From: Alphaproteobacteria bacterium
Lineage (GTDB): Bacteria > Pseudomonadota > Alphaproteobacteria > CAAHEQ01 > UBA3637
DNA length: 64,000 nt
NCBI GenBank assembly: GCA_045638265.1
Contig: JAZUBA010000051.1
Location: 30,194-94,193 of the forward strand
Direction of reading: 5' to 3'
Each line of letters begins with the position of its first letter. Position 1 is the stretch's first letter. The position numbers and the translations under genes are program-made. Below are positions 28,701 through 38,900 of this stretch, in pieces. The notes under the pieces are model-generated. The model saw only the letters and a program-made list of their open reading frames with translations, made no database searches and was not told the DNA's origin.

Positions 28701-29674
28701 TTGATTAACTTTAACGGTTCTTTACAGATACATTGTTTGATTTTTTCATCATAATATTTATCAGATTCTTTAGCAACACATTTGCCGTCTTTTTTTTCTG
28801 CACAAGATGGGCAGTCAGGTACACATTCAGTACCGTCCCAAACTTCATTTTCATGACAAATAACACAATCTGTACCGTTATAATGAGCTTCATTCGGACA
28901 ACATTTGTTAATATCTACTTCCGTTTGACCTGTCGGACAAGCACATTTACCTTCTGATTCACTCCAACGAGTATAAGGTGCTGCATAGCAACATTCACAA
29001 ATGCCATTTCCTCGGTCACATTTTTGTTTACAGACACATTCTCCGTTGACAAGCACTTCATTTTTGATACAAGTATGTGGATCATCTAAATTGGGGTCAA
29101 TCGGAATATAAATTTTGTCGTCTGATGTGTCTGTTGGAATTGGTATTTTGAAATAAAATTCCATAGAAACATCGCCTTCTTCACCACAGTTTATTATATT
29201 GTCGGGTGACATTGTAATTCCTGTTTTGGCATCTTCATTATCAGAGGAGGCATACAAAGATTGACGCAATACAATTTTTTCGCAAACATCATGTGTTACG
29301 GTTGTTTTGATAACAAATTCTTTACAAACTCTGCCGTTATAACAAGGAACTTCTGACGAGGAAACACTGTTTTCTACATCAGCAATCGGTCCATTATTAA
29401 TGGCACGAACGAGTGTTGATTTACTGGCAACACGATAATCCGCTTCAACGGCAAGTTTGCCTTTCAACACGGTATCCATAATACTGGTAGCACGATATGT
29501 ATCAAATGCTGTTTTGTATCCGATAACACCGGCAATTGAGAACAAACCAATCAACACCAACACGCCTATCATTTCCACCATAGAACGTCCACACTCATGA
29601 AAGACTGATAATCGGGGGGTAAAAAGTGGTTGATATGTTTCTTTTGTAACGCTTTGATTTTGTTTGTTTTTCAT
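25796..29674 (-). CDS. Giant pilin-like protein, family member 2 (1292 aa): pilin-like N-terminus, ~150-aa domain shared with 29911, Cys-rich region, and C-terminal ~730 aa of ephrin-receptor/GCC2-GCC3-like CPxGxYC repeats
   Basis: ...ECG|RSMVEMIGVLVLIGLFSIAGVIGYKTAF... AGGAG SD. C-terminal half is dozens of CP(A/T/K)G(Y/T)YCP... and TAC..CP.GTYNP..GAT.ST.C..C units. Confidence 0.7.
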   Translation of the reverse strand: MKNKQNQSVTKETYQPLFTPRLSVFHECGRSMVEMIGVLVLIGLFSIAGVIGYKTAFDTYRATSIMDTVLKGKLAVEADYRVASKSTLVRAINNGPIADVENSVSSSEVPCYNGRVCKEFVIKTTVTHDVCEKIVLRQSLYASSDNEDAKTGITMSPDNIINCGEEGDVSMEFYFKIPIPTDTSDDKIYIPIDPNLDDPHTCIKNEVLVNGECVCKQKCDRGNGICECCYAAPYTRWSESEGKCACPTGQTEVDINKCCPNEAHYNGTDCVICHENEVWDGTECVPDCPSCAEKKDGKCVAKESDKYYDEKIKQCICKEPLKLINGKCQPCPEPNTYDATLEKCICGPDCKEVDDQCVCCEEPLTFDDVLKKCSCIEPQCVCDAPRQLINGDCVCPNNYIYVEDENVCVECLENNDCADYYYCNNRTCQKLDCDEMGFPIRAIYCEKFRWDSDNYSQYVYTNKFYNSHERNVTNLVNCQDSVFIMPYDFQGSIKSSDGDIGLTYIIDDVSYYARTGTTFSLDLKKGIHRIRMANEYDHGSGNLYINFYKKIPGSDICMAKASSCAAGYYCPTNQTEPVICPAGHYCPENSFLGATKCPTGTYNPNEGKSSKTDCITCPADAYCPEGSVTNGICPAGYYCTATKQTACPIGTYNPTMGATESTACLTCPSGTYNPNTGATECITCPAGSYCTAKAVTPCPAGKYNPNDKTTASSACLACPIGYYCPKGSVEPIICPAGSYCPAGVGTATVCPHSTYNSQEGKGATTDCLPCEKGDYCPAGSTVKAKCPVGFYCGYIHKLSSCPAGYYCPEGSTTFSGQNCTAGHYCPKETTEEIICPKGYYCPKTSKTPTICPEGTYGDEEGLESCKPCPENSYCEAGSTDSGTCPKGYYCVGKTKKACPAGTYNPTEGATESTACLKCEIGHYCPTASAEPIPCPAGTYNTKTGQTSVSYCTKCKAGTYNPTEGQSSADVCTICDAGTYCPAGSADKIPCPAGTYNTKTGQISVSYCTKCKAGTYNPKERATSIDACITCKAGTYCPTGSAEQIPCPVGTYNSNPGSDAKTDCTSCPKGTYNNQEGQDNSSACKKCEAGTYCASTGMSAGTICPMTAYCPLEGATSATTCPKGYYCPTTGLSTATICPKGYYCPTTGLSTAGPCSAGTYSDVGATTCTPCTAGYTCPDASKGDMQEKCPKGFYCPAKSDYPIACPAGKYNPMTEQTTSSACKACEKGTFNPNTGQSSCEDSPVGYYCPNTTMTTATICPKGYYCPETKMTTALKCPSGTTSVAGSDDSSDCQ
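29375..29593. repeat. Inverted repeat arm (5' coding region of the minus-strand pilin-like gene), ~95% identical to 30001..30220
   Basis: Reverse complement of this segment matches 30001..30220 almost base for base (e.g. gacgttctatggtggaaatgataggcgt.ttggtgttgattggtttgttc...gatacaaaacagcatttgatacatatcgtgctaccagtattatggatac). Confidence 0.7.
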
Positions 29675-29709
29675 ATGCTTCTCCTAATGCTGAAATAATC
29701 CTAATCCCA

Positions 29710-29737
29710 TTGTAATTAAACGTACCTTTATTTGCAA
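29710..29737 (-). promoter_or_regulatory. Promoter/operator module for 25796..29674 (minus-strand reading: -35 TTGCAA, spacer ATAAAGGTACGTTTAAT, -10 TACAAT)
   Basis: Ends 36 bp upstream of the ATG at 29674. Same module as the other family promoters. Confidence 0.65.
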
Positions 29738-29840
29738 CGATTTCACCAAAAATCCACTTTTTACGCTAATATGACAATAACCATAAGAAACCTGCCGTTA
29801 GATAAAAATAAAAAAAAATGCAAAAAAGTGAAAAAAATTG

Positions 29841-29868
29841 TTGCAATTTAACGTACCTTTAATTACAA
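29841..29868 (+). promoter_or_regulatory. Promoter/operator module for 29911..39015 (-35 TTGCAA, spacer TTTAACGTACCTTTAAT, -10 TACAAT)
   Basis: Ends 42 bp upstream of the ATG. Preceded by the conserved block ATGCAAAAAAGTGAAAAAAATTGT (29818..29840), also present upstream of 52175. Confidence 0.65.
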
Positions 29869-29910
29869 TCATATTAGCTATGATTATTATGTTAAAAAAA
29901 AGGGGTTTTT

Positions 29911-32900
29911 ATGTTTAACATATTTAAAAATAAAGATTTTTTGTGTTTTAATGCCGATTCGGAAAATGCTCAAAGCAAATCGGATATGACAACCAAACAG
30001 GAATGTGGACGTTCTATGGTGGAAATGATAGGCGTATTGGTGTTGATTGGTTTGTTCACTATTGGCGGCGTTGTCGGATACAAAACAGCATTTGATACAT
30101 ATCGTGCTACCAGTATTATGGATACAGTGTTGAAAGGCAAACTTGCCGTTGAAGCGGATTATCGTGTTGCTGGCAAATCAACGCTTGTTCGTGCGATTAA
30201 TAACGGACCAATTGCCGATGTAAATGATAAAGTGGAATATTATACCGAGGTTGCTTGTGGTAATCGCCAATGTAAAGAATATGTTATTAAAACCAAAGAA
30301 CCGGCTGGTGTTTGTGAAAAAATTGTATTGCGTCAGTCTTTATATAATTCTTCCGATGAATCCGATAATACCCCTGAAATTTATATAACCCCGAATAATA
30401 TAGAGGATTGCGGAGAAGAGGGTGAAGTAGATATGACATTTACTTTTCAAATACCCATGCTAAAAGCGGGAGATGGCAGTGATGTATATGAACCGGTTGA
30501 CGGTACCTTGCAAGAATCTACTTGTCCCGCCGGACAAATTATTATAGATGGTGTTTGTCAGTGTAGACCGGCGTGTGATAGGGGAGAGGGTGTTTGTGTT
30601 TGTTGTAATACGGGATATGAATATGATAATGAGACAAAGTCTTGTATTTGCCCTGCCGGTACACATGATACCGGCAGTGACTGTATTACGTGCGAAAATG
30701 GTACAAAATGGGATGAAACTAAAAAACAATGTGAAAACCCTTGTACAGATGGTAAAATCTGGAACGGTACGACTTGTATAGACCTTTGTTCAGGCGGAAA
30801 AGAATGGGATAGTTCAGCCAATACCTGTGTTTGTCCGGAAGGGACAAATGATAACGGAGAAAGTTGTGTAACGTGTTCAGCTCCGAAAACACATTGGGAT
30901 AACGAACTTAATAAATGTACTTGTCCGACGGGATTTGTTGAACGAAACGGAACGTGTGAACGCAAACCGACTTGCACAGAACCACGAACAGTTTATGATG
31001 AAGCAAGCAATACGTGTCAATGTCCGTCAGAAAGACCGGAATATGATGAAGATAAGAATACATGTAATTGTCCGGAGGCAACACCTTATTGGGATTCAAC
31101 AAAAAATCAATGCGTTACTTGTGTTGTAGGTAACAGTAATACACCGGTTTGGAATGGAACAAGCTGTGTCAGTTGTGCGGGTGCGGATAATACAAAACCT
31201 TATTGGAATGGTACGGAATGTATCAGTTGTTATGCTAATAATCCAACAACCCCTTATTGGAATGGTACAAATTGTACGACTTGTCCGAATACAACACCGG
31301 TATGGAATGGGACGGCTTGTGTCAGTTGTGCAGAAGCCGATAGTACAAAACCTGTTTGGAATAGTACGGAATGTGTGGCTTGTCCGACAGAAACGCCGTA
31401 CTGGAACGGAACAAGCTGTGTCAGTTGTTACGATAATAATCAAACAACACCGTATTGGAATGGTACAAATTGTACAGTATGTCCGGATGCTAAATTGTGG
31501 AATACGGAATCAAACCAATGTGTTCAATGTTTAGATAACGAAAATTGTAGTGGTTCAACGCCTGTTTGTAATGATAATAATGTGTGTGAATCTTGTCCGG
31601 ATGTAATGCCTATTTGGCATACGGATATGAAACAATGCGTCCAATGTTTAGAAAATGAAGATTGTAATGATAACGCAACTCCTGTTTGTAATAATAGCAA
31701 TATGTGTGAATCTTGTCCGGATGCAATGCCTGTTTGGCATACGGATATGAAACAATGTGTTCAATGTTTGGAAAATGCTGATTGTCCGACAGGAACACCT
31801 GTTTGTAACGCCACGAACGCTTGTGAACCATGTCCTGATGAAACACCAATTTGGGTAGCAGAAACAGGTAAATGTATTGCCAGCGATGGTCCGAGTGGAG
31901 ATGGTTCTTGTAATGACAACAGCGATTGCAGTGTGGGCGAATATTGTGATATTACAACATGGGGAACAAGTAAAGACTATTGTACGACAGATACAAGCAA
32001 TATGAGTGGTACATGCCGAAATGCAACTGATGATATCCAATCACCGAATAGTGGCACAACCCCAGCATTTGTAATATCCAACAGACCAATGTATTGGTGG
32101 AGTGCCAATAATTTCTGTCAGGCCTTGGGTAAAGTATTGGCAGAAGTAAGCGATTTTGAATGTGCTCATACAATTTGTCCGGAATGTTCATCAGGAACTT
32201 GTCCGGACGGATGTGATGGTTATTATGGCTATTGTCATCAAGATGATTCATTGGGATTAACAACAAGTGATGGTGTTAACATATCTCCAATCGTTGTTCA
32301 AATGACTAATGCCTACGGAAATTTATGGGGTTGGTTAAATACAAAATATAATGATTGTATGGCATATGATATCAGTTTGCAAAGCGGGGAAGTTAATCGC
32401 TATAACAGAAAGGGTACAAACCCAGCTATTTGTAAAGACCGACCATCCTGTCCAATTGAAACACCGTATTGGAATGGCACAGAATGTACAACTTGTCCAA
32501 TTGAAACACCGTATTGGAACGAAGAAACGGATCAATGCGAAGTTTGTCCGGCTGAAACACCGATTTGGGACGGTACAACATGTATTGAGGGTTATGTTTG
32601 TAAAGGTACTACAAGCGAATGTCAAACAAATAATGATTGTACTCAATTGTATGGTAGTGGATATTATTGTAATATAGAATGTTTTACTGATCATTGTTCA
32701 ACAGAAACGACAAGTCTTGGTGGTTCATGCCGTAAAGCAATTAGTGACGTCAAAGAACCAAACTCAGGAACAACTCCCCCGTTTGTGATGTCCAGTGAGA
32801 AAATGTATTGGTGGAGTGCGAAGAACTTCTGTCAGGCATTGGGACAACGTCTTGTAGATGTAACCGATTACGAATGTGCACATGCAATTTGTCCTGATGA

Positions 32901-35900
32901 TAATTGTGATAATGCATGGGGTTTTTGTCATGCAGATACATCACATAGCGTAGTTGGTGGAAATACAACTAATATATCTGCCAAAATAGCTGCAATGAAA
33001 GAGGCTTATGGCTCTTATTATTGTTGGGTGGATATGGATTATAATTCTTGTAGACCGTATTTTACTAATTTCAACCAAGGACTTGTAACTTTTGGTTATA
33101 GAAATAACAGATATTACGCTGTATGTGAATCTGTTTGCGAAGGCGATACCCCTGTTTGGAACGGTACGGCTTGCGAAGCATGTCCGACGGGAACACTCTG
33201 GAATGAAGCAACAGGTGAATGTGTTGCTGCTCTTTGTAAAGGTGTTGTATATGAATGTAATGACAATGCCGATTGTGATGCAGGTGAATATTGTAATATT
33301 ACATGTTATAATGATACTTGTACGAAAGATACGAGTGGTATGGGGGGAACTTGTCAAAATGCAAATGAACGCATTCAACCACCCGAGAATGGAACGAAAC
33401 CACCGTTTATAATGTCAAATCAACCAATGACATGGTGGAATGCAAATAATTTTTGTGAGGCATTAGGTACAACACTTGTAGAGGTCAGTGATTATGCATG
33501 TGCACATAGTATATGTCCAAGCGGATGTGACGCTACATATGGTTATTGTCATGCGGATCCATCGCAATCAGTGACATTATCCTTTGCCACAAATGATCGA
33601 ACAGCGAAACTACAAGCGATGTATGAAGCCTATGGTAGTAATATTAGTTATGGGTGGACAAATACGGATACTGACGACCTTTGTTACGCATATAACGTTA
33701 GCTTCTATCAAGGTGGTATGTTTAATGGTCTTCGGTATAGTAGCGTTGTTAATGCTGTATGTAAACCAGATTGTGCAGCGACTGATGTAACAAAACCATA
33801 TTGGACAGGTACATCTTGTGAAGCTTGTCCGACAGATACATTTTGGGATGCAGAAAAAGGCGAATGTGTTGACATGCCAATTTGTGTGTTGAATAATTGT
33901 CGCTGGACCGGTTGGATAGATAGATCTCAGCCGGAAAGTGATAATACTGGTGGTGACTATGAAACATTAGATGGTCTTTGTGTAAGTGGTAAAATACAAA
34001 ATATTTCTTGTCGTTCAGTGTGGTTCCCGAATACATCTCTTGATGATTTGGATCAAGTTCTTGAAAGCTGCGATACAGTAAATGGTTTAGTTTGTCTTAA
34101 TGAGAAAAATTATGTTTCTGAACCAGGAGGGCCTAGACCTCCGGGTATGGCTTGTTACAATTATGAAATCAATGTTTTTTGTTGTAGTAATTGTAAAGAA
34201 TGTACGGCCAATACAGATTGTCCTGGTGATTACCCATATTGCGATAGTGGTGTTTGTATGCCGTGTCCAACGGGAACACCTGTTTGGAACGGAACATCTT
34301 GTGAAGCTTGTCCAATGGCAACACCGATTTGGGATTCTGAATTAGGTCAGTGTGTCACTTGTGCCGAAGCCGATAGCACAAAACCAGTTTGGAACGAAGA
34401 AACGAACCAATGTGAGGCTTGTCCTACTGAAACTGTTTGGGATGATGAAGCAGGAGTATGTATCGTACAACAGTGTAAGGGGGTTGTATATGCCTGTAAT
34501 GATAACAATGATTGTGGTGCAGGAGAATATTGCGATATAACATGCTATGATAATCATTGTACGGAAGATATGAGTGGTATGGGTGGAACATGTCGGAACG
34601 TACAAGATGATTTAAATGATAAGTCAGAAGAGGAACCATTCTGGGTTTCGGATAGATATATGAATTGGTGGAGTGCTAAAAACTTCTGTCAAGGGTTAGG
34701 GAAACAAATGATATCCCTTGATGATTTAGAGTGTGCACATCCAATGGAGCTTCATGGATATTGTCATGAAGATACATCAACAGATGTTATTTATTATAAT
34801 CCATTAAACATATCAGACAAAGTATCGAGAACATTTAATGCTTACGGTTCTATTTGGGGCTGGATGGAAAGTGATAGCTATGCTCCTGACAATTGTTATA
34901 CTCGTATGGTTAATTTTAGTAATGGATACGTTCGGTTCCATTTGAGATATATTGTTGGCGGATACGCTATTTGTAAAGACCGACCTGCTTGCCCGACAGA
35001 AACACCGTATTGGGATGGTTCAGTTTGTGTAGCCGAATGCCCGAGTGATAAGCCTGTAATTGGTGAAAACAACGTTTGCGAAGCCTGTCCAGCTGATAAA
35101 CCTGAGTGGACAGGTACAGAGTGTATATATTGTCCTGATACATCTACATGGGATGAAGAATGGAATGCTTGTACATTTACGATTGAATTGGAATCTTATT
35201 CTGCATGTAATAATGATTGTGGGGCTTCGCAGGTTGTAGAAAAATTTTCAGTAAGCAATTTAGAAGCATCGTATGATACTTATTTTACAGGATATGCTGA
35301 CGACTGGTTCTGGATTTGTGAATCATATTTAAGTAATTTAGATCCGAAAAATGAATGTATGAAATACAAATATAATATGGGCTTGAGAGCAGGCGGAACC
35401 AAAACAAACATGTTTATGGGTATAACTTATGCAGGAGAAGGAGCTACAAAAGGATATTGGCACTCATATCAAGGTATTATGAGAATTAATGGAACAATGA
35501 CGTTTGTTTATAATCCAGATATTAAAATGGGAGAATATTGTCCGGTTGGTTATTATTGCTCGTCGGATGGTAACTCAGTTGCAACACAGTGTATAAATGA
35601 AACCATTACAGAAAATATTGCTGAAACTGATTGTCACGTTTGTGATATCCGTTTCTGGAGAGAGGATGATGGTTCTTGTATCTACTGTGAAACTGAAGAT
35701 ACTCAAACCAAGATTGAACAATCCGAATGTAATCGTTGTACAAATAGATTCTGGAAGGATAATAACTATTGTTACCATTGTTCAATTTCGGGAGTGCAAT
35801 CAGGTATCATGCAAAATGAATGTGAACGGTGTAGCAATAGATATTGGCTTGAAACAAATGCAGAAACACATATTGGTTCTTGTACTCTCTGTCCGGATGG

Positions 35901-38900
35901 ATTGACACGGGATAATGCAACAGGGCTTTGTGTTTGTGATGAAGGATTGGTTTTCAATCTTGGTACTAAAAAATGTGTCTCCTGTACCGAAACAACGGGA
36001 AATTTCTCATCAACAGAATTGTCAACGGAACAAAGCTGTCCAGCAACACGATTCTATGCAAATGATGAAAAATCATATTTGTGTAGTGGCACGGGAACAT
36101 ATCCAGTAACAACAGAAGAAAACTGTATGGTTTGCGGTGATGATGTAAATCGTTTCTGGAAGAGTAAAAATGGCTATTGTATCAGTTGTAATTATTCCAC
36201 AGCTGTTGCAGAAACAACCAAAGAAGAATGTTTAACTTGTGTTAACAGATATTGGACAGAAACCAATGCGACAACAGGGATTGGTAAATGTACGAAATGT
36301 GCTGTTGGTCAAGTAGTCAATGCTGATGGTACGGCTTGTGTCAGTTGTGCAGAAGCAGACAGCACAAAACCGGTTTGGAATGGTACGGCTTGTGTCAGTT
36401 GTGCAGAAGCTGATAGCACAAAACCAGTCTGGAATGGCACGGCTTGTGAAGCATGTCCGACGGACAAACCTACTTGGAGTGGTACAGAGTGTTATAACGA
36501 AGCAACAGCACAAAATTGTCAAACAGCGATGACATCAGCCGGATTTAGCACTTCCAAATTCACAATGGATGGAACAACTATTAAATACACAGGCGATATG
36601 ACTCTTTCAAAAGATTTGGATATTTCAGCTTGTAATTTAGATGTTGTCGGTACATTAAAGGTAAATTCGGGTAAAACATTGAAAGTTAATAATGTCAAAG
36701 CTGAAAGTACTGGTATTTATAGCATATTTAACAGCGGCACAATTGAAGTAACAAATATAACGGGAATAGCAACGGGAACAGCATCTTATGGCATCCATAA
36801 TACTTCTGGCACAATAGAAGCAACGGGTGATGTGATGGGAACGGGAACTGCTACTGGTATAAATAACTATGGTGCAATAACAGCAACAAATGTGACGGGA
36901 TCGGGATCGGCTTATGCTGATGGCATCTCTAACGTTGGCACAATAACAGCAACGGGCGATGTCACTGGAACGGGAAATTATGGCATCTATAACAATAGGT
37001 CAGGCAAAATAACAGCAACAAATGTGACGGGAACGGGAATTGGAACTAATGGCAATGGTTCTGGCATTCAGAACACTGGCACAATAGAAGCAACAGGCGA
37101 TGTGACGGGAACAGGAACAGGAGTTTTTTATGGCATCTATAATTCTGGCACAATAGAAACAAGGGATGAAGTGACGGGAACAGGAAATCAATATGGTATC
37201 ATGAATACTGGCACATTAGAAACAACAGGTGATGTGACGGGAACTTCAACGGGAACAGGAAGCTATGTTTATGACATATCTAACAGTGGCACAATGTCTG
37301 CAATTAATGTTTACTATTGTAGAGCGATTAAAAATACTGGCAAAATCATTGGTCATATCCAATGTAAATGTCCTGAAGGCATGTCATGTCCGGCAACAAC
37401 AATTACACAATGTACGGCACCGACACCAGTCTTGTCAGGCAATTTGACAACTTGTGTGGCTTGTGCAACGGCAGACAGCACAAAACCAAACTGGAATGGT
37501 ATGACTTGTGAAGCATGTCCGACAGAAACTCCTGCTTGGAACGGCACGGCTTGTGAAACATGTCCTGCAGAAACTCCTGTTTGGAACGGCACGACTTGCG
37601 AATCTTGTCCGTCGGGTACGTCTTGGAGTGGTACAGAATGTATTGATATGAATGCGTTCAATTGTCAAACAGCGATGACCTCGGCTGGATTTAGTACTTC
37701 TAACTTTACAATGGAAGGAACAACCATTAAATACACTGGTGATATGACTGTTGCAACAGATTTAGATATTTCGGGCTGTAACTTGGATGTTGCCGGTACG
37801 TTAACGGTTAATGGTACTTTGGAAGTTAATAATATCAATGCAGAAAGTTCCGGTGATAAAGGTATTGATAACTATGGTAGAATAATTGCAACAGGTAACA
37901 TCACGGGAACGGGAACCAGTGAGGGTGTATATAATAATGGTGGACAAATTGAAGCACAAAATATTACAGGAACGGGAACCAACTATGATGGTATATATAA
38001 TGCTGGTGCTATGGATGCTCAAAATATTACAGGAACCGGCGGTATGTATGGTATAGAGAACTTTGGTGGTTTTATAACAGTAACAGGAGATATCTCTGGA
38101 ACGGGAAATTATGATGGCATCTATAACTGGATTGGCACAATGTCTGCAACAAATGTTTATTATTGTCAAACGATTAACAGTACTGCTGGTCAAATTATAG
38201 GTAATGTTGCTTGTGGATGTTCTGATAGTTCAAGTTGTACGTCAGACGTAATGCAATGTACTGCGCCGACACCAATTTTGATAGGTCTTGAATCTTGTAT
38301 CAGTTGTGCAGATGCTGATAGTACAAAACCATATTGGAATGGTACGTCTTGCGAAGCATGTCCGACGGACAAACCTACTTGGAATGGAACAGAGTGTGTT
38401 AATGAAGAAATAATAGCACAAAATTGTCAAACAGCGATGACATCAGCCGGATTTAGTACTGATGACTTCACAATGGACGGTATAACCATTAAATACACAG
38501 GCTATATGATTGTTTCAACAGATTTGGATATTTCTGCTTGTAATTTAGATGTTGACGGCACGTTAATTGTTAATTCAGAAACGACATTGAAAGTTAATAA
38601 TGTCAAAGCTGAAGGTGAAGGTTCAGACCGTGGCATCAGTAACTATGGAGGCACAATCAAAGCAACAAATGTGATGGGAAGTGGTAATAATTTTGGCATC
38701 TATAATGGTGAAAGAGGCACAATAGAAGCAACAAATGTGACGGGAACGGGAACCAATGTTAATGCTGATGGCATCTCTAACGATGGCACAATCAAAGCAA
38801 CTGGCGATGTAACGGGAACGGGAACGGGAACTGATAGTAAAGGCATTAATAACGATGGTACAATAACAGCAACAGGTGATGTGACTGGAATAGGAAATGA

